NCBI GenBank assembly: GCA_012517315.1
Contig: JAAYVE010000022.1
Span: 24,689 to 88,688, forward strand
DNA from: Deltaproteobacteria bacterium
GTDB taxonomy: Bacteria > Desulfobacterota > Syntrophobacteria > Syntrophobacterales > Syntrophobacteraceae
Length of the DNA stretch: 64,000 nt
Direction of reading: 5' to 3'
Shown here one piece after another: positions 39,225-48,998 of this stretch (position 1 is its first letter; each line of letters opens with the position of its first letter). The translations under genes and the position numbers were made by a program. The notes beneath the pieces were generated by a model, which was given only the letters and a program-made list of their open reading frames with translations, was not told where the DNA came from and ran no database searches.

Positions 39225-39952
39225 TCTTGAACCTCCCGTGCTCAGAGTGTTCTCTTGGACTGACTTTGCATCCTGCATCCCGGTGCCTCCTCAGGCCCGC
39301 GGCGATGCATTACGCCTCAGCACTTCGTGAAACAGGCACGGACCCGGCGTGCTGGACTCGGAATGTGGATTGCGGGAATCCGTGCGGGTTGCCTTTCTCC
39401 AAGGAAGAGAAAGAAACCCCTGAGCGCCTCTATCACCCCCTTTCCTGTCCCTCCGGGGGGCTCGGGGTCAACGTGCAATCACCCGTGCCCTCTAGGAGCC
39501 TTTGCATATGATGAAACACTCAACGTCTGCACTCGTCGAGATGTGGTGACCGGAAGCGAGGAGAAACGCCTTTTTGGTGACCGTCTGAAAGAAAGCAACG
39601 GAATCGACTAGGTGCTGGAAAAGGAGCCTGTTGTCGCTTGAGAGAAGCGCGATGTGAAGAGGGAGAAGGCTGCGCCGATTGTTCGGAGATGCAGCAGCAA
39701 CCTATGTGCTGTTACAAGAAGCTTGCCAAGGGCAAGAGCAGCAGGGTGCAATCATCCCTTCAATTGATATTCCACAATATGTCAATAAGTTAAATGAGAT
39801 CGAAGTGGAGATGCCCAACACCTGACAATGGTTCCAAAGGGGAGAATGGAGTGAAAACTGTCCAATTTCCGACTGCCTGTTGAGAGGCAAAATCATAGAA
39901 GCTAAATAGAGCAAAGGGTTAAGGGGATAGTCTCGAATGCGACCCAACTGGG

Positions 39953-42328
39953 TCAATTGATAGCTTGGGACTCGGGCCCGAGCCCATATCTGCGGATCAT
40001 GCTGTAAAGGGTACTGCGGCTGATTCTCAATCGCCGTGCGGCCTCGTGCTTGTTCCAGTTGGCGTCGTTGAGGACCCGGAGGATCAGTTGCCGTTCGTTT
40101 TCCTCCAGGGACATGGACCCCACCGGATGGGAGCCTTCCCGCAGAAAGCGGGGAAGGTGACTCATGCGGATGACGTCTTCCTGGGCCAAGACCACGGCGT
40201 GACTGATGGCGTTTTCCAGTTGGCGGACGTTGCCGGGCCATTCATGGTCCATGAGCACCTGCATGGCGTCAGGGGAAAACTTGAGGATCTTCTTTCCCTC
40301 TTTTAAATTGTACTTCTTGAGGAAATGCTGGGCAAGGAGAGGGATGTCCTCCTTGCGTTCGCGCAAAAGCGGCAGATGAATGGAAATCACGTTGAGGCGG
40401 TAATAGAGGTCGTCGCGAAATCGCCCAGCCCGGACCTCTGCTTGGAGATCGCGATTCGTCGCTGCCAGGATCCTCACATCCGCCGCAATGGTCGTCTCCC
40501 CACCGACCCGTTCGAAGCAGTGGTCCTGGAGAAAGCGGAGAAGGAGAATCTGTGTCGCCGGCGCCGTGTCGCCGATTTCATCCAGGAAAAGGGTTCCCCC
40601 GTTTGCCCGCTCGATGCGGCCCTTTTTCTGGCGGATGGCTCCGGTGAACGCTCCTTTCTCATGGCCGAAGATCTCGCTCTCCAACAGCGTCGGCGAATAG
40701 GCGGAACAGTTGGCCACCACGAAAGGCCCCTTGTAGCGGTGACTGCGGCTGTGAATGGCCTGGGCCACCAGTTCCTTGCCCGTCCCGTTTTCCCCCGTGA
40801 TGAGGACGGTGGCGTCGGAACCGGATACCAGCCCAATGAGTTCGTAAACTTCCTGCATCGCCTTGCTCTGGCCGATGATCTCCCCGTAGGCCGCCCGCTC
40901 CTGGACATGGCTGCGCAATTGATTGATCTCGGCCTCATGGATAACCAGCTTGTGAAGGTGGCCCGCCACCTGTTCGAACAGGGCATGAAGGAACCGAATG
41001 TCTTCCCGGCTGACGCTCTTGGAAGGACTCCCCCCCATGAAGCACAGCCCCGTACACCGGTTCTCGGTAGAAATGGGAAGACCAAACCATGAGTCGAACG
41101 TCTCGCCGAGGACGTTCAGGAATGCGGGCGTTTCGGGAGAGCTGCCGGAATGGAAAAGGTGTCCGCTTCCCGGTCGGTTCAAATAGGCGATGAAATCAGA
41201 GACAACGCCTGCCTCCTCCATTCTGCGCAGCATCTGCACAACCGGCTGTGAGACGGAAGCGTCGCAGGTTTCGAGGCGTAGAAAGTGATTTCCGGCAGGG
41301 CTCAAGAGGAACAGCAAGGGGGTGCATTCAGGGCAGATGCGCCGCATGATCTCGTAAAGGGAATGGACAAGCTCCCGGATGGAACTCTTCGCACTCATCT
41401 GACGGGAGATCTCAAAGAGGGTTTCCAGTTGCTGCTGGGTCTTCTGCAGTTCCCTGGACCTTGAGGCGAGGGTTTCCTCCATTCTTCTCTTTTCAGTGAT
41501 GTCTCTCTCGATGCGGATGATGAGGTGAGGAGCTCCGCTGCTGCTGGGGACGGGGTGCGCGATGACCTGGAAGAGGCGCGCCTGGCCCCGTGCGTCCGGG
41601 AATCCTTTCTCCATGCCGACGGGGCGGTTGGTTTGGTAGGCCTGCTGTACAATGCAGGCGAGCCCGTCGGCTTGGCAGGGACGCCCCCGCCCAAGGATCA
41701 CCTCGTAACAGGGCTTACCCAGCACCGAAGAGATGTTCTCCAGACCGAGGCGGTGGACAAGCGGCTGGTTCGCCTGGATGATGCGATAGTCCCTGGGGTC
41801 AATGACCAAGAGGTTGTCGGACATGATGTTGATGATTTCTCCACAGAAGTTCCTTGCCTCGAGAAGATCCTCCTCGCGTTTTCTCAAAGGGGTGGCGTCC
41901 CTCATGAGCACGATGCAATCGGAAGGATCCCCCGAGTTTTGAAGGGAGGCGACGGTGACAAACGTGGAAACGTGCCCCCCGTCCTTTCTCGCCAGGATGA
42001 GTTCGGAGCGGTATGGCTTTTCCCCACTCATTCCATGCAACACATCTTCCCAGGATGCGGAGCAATCCTGCGCCAGGAGGGAGAGGAGGGGGCGTCCCTG
42101 GAGTTCCAGGGGGGCGTAGCCCAGGAGTGCCCCCATGGAATCATTGGCGAGAATCACGCAGCCCTGACGATCCACGATGCAGATGCTGTCTCCAGCCAGG
42201 CGGAACAACGTCTTTGCCGTTTCTTCCCATTGAGGCGGCAGCCTTTTCATAAGGGAGTCTCCGGAATTCATGAAATCGTGCCGGATCATCTGACCCACGG
42301 CCTCGAACGATTTCCCTGCCGCCCTCAA
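39953..42328 (-). CDS. Sigma54-dependent transcriptional activator (PAS-PAS-GAF-AAA+-HTH)
   Basis: ITGENGTGKELVA (Walker A), ESEIFGHEKGAFTGA (GAFTGA), FLDEIGD, C-terminal Fis-type HTH AARRLRISRSTLYSMIRRYGL. The N-terminal ~430 aa hold PAS-like repeats and a GAF-like module. Confidence 0.9.
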   Translation of the reverse strand: MRAAGKSFEAVGQMIRHDFMNSGDSLMKRLPPQWEETAKTLFRLAGDSICIVDRQGCVILANDSMGALLGYAPLELQGRPLLSLLAQDCSASWEDVLHGMSGEKPYRSELILARKDGGHVSTFVTVASLQNSGDPSDCIVLMRDATPLRKREEDLLEARNFCGEIINIMSDNLLVIDPRDYRIIQANQPLVHRLGLENISSVLGKPCYEVILGRGRPCQADGLACIVQQAYQTNRPVGMEKGFPDARGQARLFQVIAHPVPSSSGAPHLIIRIERDITEKRRMEETLASRSRELQKTQQQLETLFEISRQMSAKSSIRELVHSLYEIMRRICPECTPLLFLLSPAGNHFLRLETCDASVSQPVVQMLRRMEEAGVVSDFIAYLNRPGSGHLFHSGSSPETPAFLNVLGETFDSWFGLPISTENRCTGLCFMGGSPSKSVSREDIRFLHALFEQVAGHLHKLVIHEAEINQLRSHVQERAAYGEIIGQSKAMQEVYELIGLVSGSDATVLITGENGTGKELVAQAIHSRSHRYKGPFVVANCSAYSPTLLESEIFGHEKGAFTGAIRQKKGRIERANGGTLFLDEIGDTAPATQILLLRFLQDHCFERVGGETTIAADVRILAATNRDLQAEVRAGRFRDDLYYRLNVISIHLPLLRERKEDIPLLAQHFLKKYNLKEGKKILKFSPDAMQVLMDHEWPGNVRQLENAISHAVVLAQEDVIRMSHLPRFLREGSHPVGSMSLEENERQLILRVLNDANWNKHEAARRLRISRSTLYSMIRRYGLGPESQAIN

Positions 42329-42717
42329 CCGACCGGCGGCAAATTTCTGCTGGCGCGGGGGGATACAACGCCCCGAGAAGAAAGAGCGTACAACGATCGG
42401 CTCGGTGGAATCGATGCATCGGAGCTACCGGAGATGATCCGATCCTGCTCAAGAGATGATGGCACGTGTTGGGGAACTCAGGGCCAGCTTGCTCTGCCAC
42501 ACGATATGCCGGAGCGGAGAGGAAGATCCAGCAGAGTGTATAGAATTCGACTATGCCAAGTCCAAGTATCAGACATTTTGTCAGCATTCCCTCGGAATGT
42601 CAACGGCGAATAAGCCGAAAGGCTCCTGCAGCAAAGGATTCAGCCGGGATTGGCCCCTCCGCACGCAGGTCAAGGGCAGGCAGTCTCCCGCCCCCGTTGC
42701 CGTGGGAGAGCCCCAAT

Positions 42718-43095
42718 TCAGCGGTCCCCAGAGGGAATTCCCAATTCGCCCGGCAGGTCGAAAAAAACTTCTTCTGCCAATTTTTTCAGAAATTCCAATG
42801 GGATCTCCTGTTCAATGGATTCGGCGTCCGTTTCCAGCACCTGGCATAGAGCATGGACGAGCCCCTCGTAAAAGTGAACGAGACCGGTGACGCCCCCATC
42901 GGGTTGTCCCATCATGAGAGCTTCTTCAACGGTCATGGTGATGAAAGGATCGTCTCCCAGCTTCAGGGAGGATCTCTTGAGGAGTTCCGGGTAACGGGCG
43001 GGGGGGATGGATGGATTGCCGGCCATCCATCCCAGTTGAAGCAGCACGCAAGTGCAGTACTCGGCCTGTCGGCGCACTTCCTGTGGTGAAAGCAT
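42718..43095 (-). CDS. Hypothetical protein (125 aa) directly abutting the YcaO stop codon
   Basis: ATG 43095 immediately follows the YcaO stop (43096-43098). No motif recognised, and it does not look like TfuA. Confidence 0.6.
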   Translation of the reverse strand: MLSPQEVRRQAEYCTCVLLQLGWMAGNPSIPPARYPELLKRSSLKLGDDPFITMTVEEALMMGQPDGGVTGLVHFYEGLVHALCQVLETDAESIEQEIPLEFLKKLAEEVFFDLPGELGIPSGDR

Positions 43096-44322
43096 CTATG
43101 CTATTTCCTCCTCATGGATATAGAGCCTGTCTCCCCTGCGGCTTCGGTCGAAACAGTAGACCTCCAGTCCGGGAACAATCACTCTGACCGCGGGGATGGC
43201 GACATCCGGCCGGGTGAGATCCACGGCAATGATCCTCCGGATGCCTTTCTCTTGAAGTCTCCCGGCCATGACCTCAATGTCGGAGAGAATATCCGGCGTG
43301 CTCGACGACTCGATGGTACCGAGCGGCTTGCAGACCCTGCCGGAGAAGCGTCCGTCCTCGAGCTCCGCTTCAAGATCGATATAGGAAGTGCTTTGGCGCA
43401 GACCCTGGATTCCGTGCCTTTCCAGGAGGAAAGCCCGTGTGGATGCGATTTCCATAAGGGCGCGGGCCATGGCGACACAGGGATCTAGGTGAGCGCCGAA
43501 CCCGTCCACTGGAATGGCGGATGCGTATTGCAGGTCTCGGGAAAAGGCGGCGATCACAGGTATTCCAAGGTTGGTGGTGATGTCTTTGGCGGTGATCTCG
43601 ATGCTCGCGGCCTGGAATCGCGCCACAAGATCCAGGAGGAACCCATGGTCCGGGATGTCCTCCACGCAGAGGGCTGTGTCCATGGAGTCACGGAACTCGG
43701 CGATGCTCCAGGCGTCTCGTTCCACCACTTCCGCCAGGCCATGGAAGATCGCTTCCTCCATGGTGTTTCCCGAAGCCAGTCCGTTGGTGCTCGTGGAAAT
43801 GGGGCTCAGGGGGTCCAAGGGGAAGGGGTGATAGACGGCGCACGCAGGGACAAGGACACCCTCCTTTGCGAGGAGGTCGTATCCCCAAACCCAGTGAAGT
43901 GGAATCCGCCGCGGGTTCTTGGCGAACCGGGGCAGGATGAGTTCCTGGGGGTCAAGAACGGGGTGATCCCGGACCAGCTCCTGAAAGGAGCCCCGGATGA
44001 GCCGGGAAAGGTATTCATCCCGAAACTCCGATGCGTGGCGTTCGATGGCCTCCATGAGAAGGGAGACTTGGGCCTGGAGCGCTGAAAGTCCCTTGCCCAC
44101 GTGAGTGACAACTGCCTTATCGGGTCTGGTTCTCCGGCAGGTGAATACGGGAATCCCGATCCGGTCCGCACCTGTGGCTTCCCCCATGGAGCGGATGCCA
44201 ATCAGTTCCTTCATCTTCTCGATGAAATCGAGAGTCGCTTGAGGTGTCCTGGATCGGTGGGTCTCGTGAACGTAAACCTTGGGGCACTCTTTGAGGATCA
44301 TCGTGTGCTGTGGAGGTGACAT
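43096..44322 (-). CDS. YcaO-like family protein
   Basis: 408 aa. VTHVGKGLSALQAQVSLLMEAIERHA, GLASGNTMEEAIFHGLAEVVERDAWSI (YcaO ATP/Mg site style). Confidence 0.8.
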   Translation of the reverse strand: MSPPQHTMILKECPKVYVHETHRSRTPQATLDFIEKMKELIGIRSMGEATGADRIGIPVFTCRRTRPDKAVVTHVGKGLSALQAQVSLLMEAIERHASEFRDEYLSRLIRGSFQELVRDHPVLDPQELILPRFAKNPRRIPLHWVWGYDLLAKEGVLVPACAVYHPFPLDPLSPISTSTNGLASGNTMEEAIFHGLAEVVERDAWSIAEFRDSMDTALCVEDIPDHGFLLDLVARFQAASIEITAKDITTNLGIPVIAAFSRDLQYASAIPVDGFGAHLDPCVAMARALMEIASTRAFLLERHGIQGLRQSTSYIDLEAELEDGRFSGRVCKPLGTIESSSTPDILSDIEVMAGRLQEKGIRRIIAVDLTRPDVAIPAVRVIVPGLEVYCFDRSRRGDRLYIHEEEIA

Positions 44323-44524
44323 GTGCTCCGTTTCCTCGCGCGAAAAGATTCATGGGGCTGCTGCCGGAGCCGGGGGGTACAACCGTGTTCCTGGGAAAAG
44401 CGCCGGCAAATGGGAATGACCGATAAGGCTTGGAAACGGCATCAGAAAGCCTGTCGGCAGCCGGGGTTATCATCCGCGCCTCTTACACCGGCACGACAAT
44501 GAGGCCGCCGCCGGTGGCATTGAC

Positions 44525-45682
44525 TCAGATGTATCGGTCGCCCAGTTCCGTGATGAGTTGTTCGAGATCCCCGCCCCATTGCGTTTCCAGGTCCCTCCTG
44601 GCTGCCTCCAGCCTGGCCCTAACAGTGGGATTCTGAATGTCCGCAAGGGCGTGCAGGGCCCCTCCCCGACGTCCGAGGCGGTAGAGCAACCGCTCTTCCC
44701 GCGGAAGGGCAAGGTACTTCTCCACCGTGGCCATCATGGCATCCCTGTCCTGGGGGAGGGTTCCCTGCACCTCAGGGAGCAAGTTCATGATGTGGTCCGA
44801 GGTGAGATGGCTGTGGATTCCCTGGAGGGACTGGAGGAACAGGAGGATTTCTTCTGCCGTTTCATCGTCTGAGAGGGGAGTGAAACGCCCCTCCGCCACA
44901 TCCCGGTAGAGGGGCGTGCTCGGGGGGATCCTCAAGCTGCGCAGGCGGATGAAATGAGGGTCAATGGCGTTGAGGACCCTTGCGGTTTCCGTTGCGTGTT
45001 CGTGAGACCAGCGTTTTCCCCCCAAGCCGGGCATGACGTACTCGGAGAGGGTGATCCCTGCATCCTTCACTTTGGTGCCCGCCGCCACGTGTTCTTCCGG
45101 GGTGGCCCCCTTCATGACGAAGCGTAGGACCTGGGGAGAGCCGCTTTCGAGGCCGATGTGGATACGGTCCAGTCCCGCAGTGTGGAGTGCCGCCAACTGC
45201 TCTCTGCTCTTCCTGGCGAGCGTGCTGCTCCGGCCGTAGGAGGTGACCCGCTGGATTCCCGGCACGTTCCGGCGCAGGTACTGAAGTGCCTCGATGAGCA
45301 CATCGTCAGGGAGGATCAGGCTATTGGCGTCCTGAATGAACACTCGTCCGTTTCCGCCAATGTGCCAATAGGCCACATAATGATAGGCACTACCGTAGGC
45401 GGGATCCTTCAGCACCGCGCTGAGCAATGACTGGGTCATTTTCCCGCCGAATCCCATGGCATGGGACTGCCGCTCAAGATCACGGATGATTGCGGAGACG
45501 CTGTCGATGTCTTCCAGGATCTCCCTGAGAGAACGCCTGCTGAACTTCTGTCCTTTGTAAACAGGGCAAAAGGTGCATCGATTCCAGGGGCAGTTGCGGC
45601 TGAAACGCAGGAGCAAACTTCCCGCCTCGCTGGGTGGGCGAATGGGACCCTGTTCAAAGGTGATCATTGATCGGCAATCCAT
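44525..45682 (-). CDS. Radical SAM protein
   Basis: 385 aa. Cys triad in RNCPWNRCTFCPVY, followed by a TIM-barrel-like region (IQDANSL, RIHIGLESGS). Confidence 0.8.
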   Translation of the reverse strand: MDCRSMITFEQGPIRPPSEAGSLLLRFSRNCPWNRCTFCPVYKGQKFSRRSLREILEDIDSVSAIIRDLERQSHAMGFGGKMTQSLLSAVLKDPAYGSAYHYVAYWHIGGNGRVFIQDANSLILPDDVLIEALQYLRRNVPGIQRVTSYGRSSTLARKSREQLAALHTAGLDRIHIGLESGSPQVLRFVMKGATPEEHVAAGTKVKDAGITLSEYVMPGLGGKRWSHEHATETARVLNAIDPHFIRLRSLRIPPSTPLYRDVAEGRFTPLSDDETAEEILLFLQSLQGIHSHLTSDHIMNLLPEVQGTLPQDRDAMMATVEKYLALPREERLLYRLGRRGGALHALADIQNPTVRARLEAARRDLETQWGGDLEQLITELGDRYI

Positions 45683-45918
45683 TTTTCAAGAAAATCCTCA
45701 GAATCGGGAGAGCACAGCCGGTGGGAGCATGGCTTTTTCCGCACGGTAATCTCATCGTCTCCCACTCCCTCTGCGGACGATATCACTATACCACACTGGG
45801 CATCGTTGGAAAGGAGCGGATCCGGTCGGTCAAACAGCGGTTGTTTTCTGAAGCTTGCTCCAGTATATTTCATCACTTCATGGTGGTAACTCATCAGGTA
45901 ACGGGGGAGTGGCACGGG

Positions 45919-46242
45919 ATGGAAGAGAAAATCAATGCGGTTTACGTGATGGTGAGACGGGACGAACTGACCGCCGAGGACGGCTGCAGTTATGAGAGGC
46001 CCCTCGCGTTGCAGGAGCGGGCGTGCCTCGATTTTCTCAAGGCCACGGTGGGGGAGGAGACGAATACGCGCATCCAGATCTATCGGCGCAGGGCGGACCT
46101 CCTGAAAGACATGGACCGACATTTGGTGAAGAGACTGGTGGTGGAAAGCGCCGACCGGCTGGGAGCGACTCCTCAGGAAATCGAGGGGATCCTGTTCGAG
46201 TTGAAAATGGAACAGGTCGAACTGCTGACCCTTCAACCCTGA
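45919..46242 (+). CDS. Hypothetical protein (107 aa)
   Basis: Only the C-terminal part of ORF 45667..46242 looks protein-like (MEEKINAVYVMV...EIEGILFELK). Divergent from the radical SAM gene, with a weak RBS. Confidence 0.35.
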   Translation: MEEKINAVYVMVRRDELTAEDGCSYERPLALQERACLDFLKATVGEETNTRIQIYRRRADLLKDMDRHLVKRLVVESADRLGATPQEIEGILFELKMEQVELLTLQP

Positions 46243-46313
46243 AGGCGATTGCCGGAATGGGGCAAGCTGCAACCCCCATTCCGATGGTCTCCTTGCGTCC
46301 GGCGACCGAATGT

Positions 46314-46712
46314 TCAGCCGGTTTTGACCGTGATTTTCCTGGGTTTCACAGCTTCAGCCTTGGGAAGAGTCACCACCAGGACACCATCTTTCATGGTGGC
46401 TTCGATTTTAGACTGGTCGATGGCTTTGCCCAGAGTGAACTGCCTGTAGAAGTCGCCCACCCCGTATTCCTGGAGGATGACCTGTTCGTTTTCTCCCTCC
46501 AGGGTCACATTTCCTCTGAGAGAGAGCTGGTTGTCCTTGATGTCGATGGAGATGTTCTCAGCGGCGACACCCGGCATATCGGCGACGAGAGTGAGGGCAT
46601 CCGCCGATTCGTAGATATCCACAGATGGCACATAGAGCGGAAGATTGCGGGTGCTTTCGGCCTGCCCGGCCACCTCAACCTTCTCCCGGGCTTGAAGATC
46701 CTTTTCGCTCAT
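46314..46712 (-). CDS. Hsp20/alpha-crystallin family small heat-shock protein
   Basis: PSVDIYESADALTLVADMPGV...GVLVVTLPK. Start at ATG 46712 with GGGAGG RBS. Confidence 0.9.
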   Translation of the reverse strand: MSEKDLQAREKVEVAGQAESTRNLPLYVPSVDIYESADALTLVADMPGVAAENISIDIKDNQLSLRGNVTLEGENEQVILQEYGVGDFYRQFTLGKAIDQSKIEATMKDGVLVVTLPKAEAVKPRKITVKTG

Positions 46713-46775
46713 CTTGAAACCTCCCACGCTGGATGCATGATGAAGAAACACGATCGCTCAGACCACCTTGCCGGA

Positions 46776-47234
46776 CTATTGGGATTTGACCACGATCTGT
46801 TTCGGGCGAAGTTCGGGAGCCTTGGGGAGGGTGATCTTGAGAACCCCGTTTCTAAACGCCGCGCTGACTCCCTCGGGATTGATCCTGACCGGCAATGTCA
46901 TGGTCCTTCTGAACCGCCCCGATTCACGTTCTCGGCGATGATAACTGACGTTTTCTCCGGCTTCCACGAGCTTGCGCTCCCCGCGGATGGCCAATGTTTC
47001 CCCCTCCACGGAGATATCCATGTCTTCAGGCTTAATGCCCGGGAGTTCCGTGCGGATGTAAATGTTTTCCGCGTCCTCACTGACATTGACGGGGGGAAAG
47101 ACCGTGCCTCGAACAAAAGGGAACCTTCTACCGGAAAAGTCCGAGAAGATCCGGTTCATCTCCTTCTGGAGGCGGTCGATCATTTCTGCGGGCTTGGACG
47201 ACTCGGGGTAATCGTACCATCGAATGATTGCCAC
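46776..47234 (-). CDS. Hsp20/alpha-crystallin family small heat-shock protein
   Basis: PPVNVSEDAENIYIRTELPGI...GVLKITLPK. GTG start 47234 with AAGGAGGG 7 nt upstream. Confidence 0.9.
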   Translation of the reverse strand: MAIIRWYDYPESSKPAEMIDRLQKEMNRIFSDFSGRRFPFVRGTVFPPVNVSEDAENIYIRTELPGIKPEDMDISVEGETLAIRGERKLVEAGENVSYHRRERESGRFRRTMTLPVRINPEGVSAAFRNGVLKITLPKAPELRPKQIVVKSQ

Positions 47235-47297
47235 GGCACTGCCCTCCTTTCCAGTTGTTCTCTTCTTAATGCTATTGGCTGTCGACGGTCACAAAGT

Positions 47298-47325
47298 AAA
47301 GTAGGACATGGATCCGGGATGTCAA
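47298..47325 (-). promoter_or_regulatory. Sigma70-like promoter candidate for the hsp20 pair
   Basis: On the minus strand: TTGACA (47325-47320), 16-nt spacer, TACTTT (47303-47298), about 65 nt upstream of the GTG start. Confidence 0.3.
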
Positions 47326-47422
47326 GTTGGAGCGGCGTGCGGGGCGTATCTCTTGGAGACGCATCCGGTGAGTCTGTCCCTCCGGGGCGTGGCAGAGAGG
47401 AATTCCCGGGAGGCACCGCTTG

Positions 47423-48895
47423 ATGGGCAAGTACGCTTTCTGTGTTGCCGGAACGCACAGTGGATGCGGTAAGACGACGGTCACCCTCGCACTCATCGCT
47501 TCCCTCAAACAGAGGGGCTTGAAGGTTCAGCCCTTCAAAGTCGGTCCTGATTTTATCGACCCTGGCTTTCACAGCCAACTGGCAGGCATTGAGTCACGGA
47601 ACCTCGACGGCTGGATGCTCACGAGGGAATACAATCAGTCCCTTTTCCAGGAAATGCTGGGAGAGGGGGATGTGGCGGTGGTGGAGGGGGTCATGGGCCT
47701 GTTCGACGGCTACGATGGATCCAGTGAATCGGGAAGTACGGCGGAAATGGCCAAGTGGCTCGGGATTCCCGTCGTTCTCATCGTGGATGCCCGCAGCATG
47801 GCCCGGAGTGCCGCCGCTGTTGTCCATGGCTTCATCCATTTCGATCCAGAGGTTGCAATCGCGGGGGTCATTTTCAACAGGATCGCAGGCCCCGGCCACT
47901 TGGAATACCTCAGGGACGCAATCCGATCCAATCTCCCCGGCGTTGCCATCCTGGGGGGGCTGCCGCGTGAGACAGTGATCGAAATCCCCGAGCGGCACTT
48001 GGGATTGGTCACAGCTGACGAGGTTCTCCTAGGGCCGGTATGGGTGGAGAGGGCCAAAGCCATCATGGAAAAGTCCCTTGACTTGGATCTCCTCTTACAC
48101 AAGGCCGCCCTCTCTCAGGAGGCGGCCTCGCCCCGCGAGGAGGCAGCCGGCTCTTGCCGGACACTTGCGAAAGGCTCCCAGTCCGGTGAAGGAGACCGAA
48201 TGGGCCTGTCCGCGACTTGCGGGGCGGGCTTGAAAGAAGAGAGGGGGAGCGTCGTCATTGCCGTTGCCCGGGATGCAGCCTTCTGCTTTTACTACCCGGA
48301 CAATCTCCAGTTGCTCGAGAAGGCCGGCGCGCAGATTCGTTTCTTTTCCCCCCTTGCGGGGGAGGGTATCCCGGAGAATGCCGCCGGGGTTTACCTGGGT
48401 GGCGGCTACCCCGAGTTGTACGCTCATGGGATTGCCTCCAACGATGCTTTCCTCCGTTCCCTGGCGGATGCCGCAGCCAGGGGGGCCCCCATCTATGCAG
48501 AATGCGGGGGGCTCATGACCCTGGGCCGCTGTATCGAGACCGCGGATGGAAAACGGTTCCCCATGGCTGGGCTCCTTCCCTTCGGGACGCGCATGCTCAA
48601 GCGGCGCAAGGCGCTCGGGTACACAGAAGTGATTCTTCGGGACGCGTGCCTCCTGGGTGACCCGGGAACGGCCATAAGAGGTCACGAGTTTCATTACTCT
48701 GAGATCGTTGGAGAGGAAGAGGACGGGGCGATGCGCCTCGTTTACGCTGTGCAGGGGCGAAGAGGGGGCGCCATGCGCCTGGAGGGATACGCCAAGGGGT
48801 CGGTCCTGGCGAGTTACGTGCATTTGCACTGGGGGAGCAACCCCTTGGCGGCGGTGAAGTTCGTCCAGAATTGCCGGCAGTCTCCGGCGCATTGA
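47423..48895 (+). CDS. cbiA: Cobyrinate a,c-diamide synthase
   Basis: VAGTHSGCGKTTVTLAL, KVGPDFIDP, and a C-terminal GATase part (YAECGGLM). Confidence 0.9.
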   Translation: MGKYAFCVAGTHSGCGKTTVTLALIASLKQRGLKVQPFKVGPDFIDPGFHSQLAGIESRNLDGWMLTREYNQSLFQEMLGEGDVAVVEGVMGLFDGYDGSSESGSTAEMAKWLGIPVVLIVDARSMARSAAAVVHGFIHFDPEVAIAGVIFNRIAGPGHLEYLRDAIRSNLPGVAILGGLPRETVIEIPERHLGLVTADEVLLGPVWVERAKAIMEKSLDLDLLLHKAALSQEAASPREEAAGSCRTLAKGSQSGEGDRMGLSATCGAGLKEERGSVVIAVARDAAFCFYYPDNLQLLEKAGAQIRFFSPLAGEGIPENAAGVYLGGGYPELYAHGIASNDAFLRSLADAAARGAPIYAECGGLMTLGRCIETADGKRFPMAGLLPFGTRMLKRRKALGYTEVILRDACLLGDPGTAIRGHEFHYSEIVGEEEDGAMRLVYAVQGRRGGAMRLEGYAKGSVLASYVHLHWGSNPLAAVKFVQNCRQSPAH

Positions 48896-48998
48896 TCACC
48901 GACGTCCGAGGAGTCAAGTGCATGACTGGGCGGGGTCATGGACACGCCATTGGAGCCGCGTTGCCTGAGAAGATTTGTCGGGGAGGAGACCGCAAGCC

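Noticed and set aside
39272-39490. Two sigma54 -24/-12-like elements on the minus strand (39287..39272 and 39490..39474)
   Set aside because: GG-to-GC spacing is 9 and 11 nt instead of the essentially invariant 10 nt. They are not annotated as promoters and are kept only as a question in the findings.
44323-44524. Candidate RiPP precursor ORFs between the radical SAM and YcaO genes: a 16-aa MPPAAASLSCRCKRRG, and the 118-aa ORF 44117..44473
   Set aside because: The 16-aa ORF has no RBS and is the tail of an out-of-frame shadow ORF. The 118-aa ORF overlaps the YcaO start out of frame and is Pro/Arg/Ser-rich. An in-frame TGA 27 nt upstream also rules out a longer YcaO.
45919-46242. Possible serine-recombinase (resolvase) N-terminal remnant, based on AVYVMVRRDE...
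   Set aside because: The catalytic Ser position is Arg, the protein has only ~107 aa with no HTH, and there are no flanking repeats or other mobile-element genes. It is kept as a low-confidence hypothetical CDS only.
47235-47422. Expected cobalamin riboswitch upstream of cbiA
   Set aside because: The 188-nt divergent region is short. I could not find the B12-box or the GGUG...AAUCC core by eye. It cannot be excluded without a covariance-model scan.
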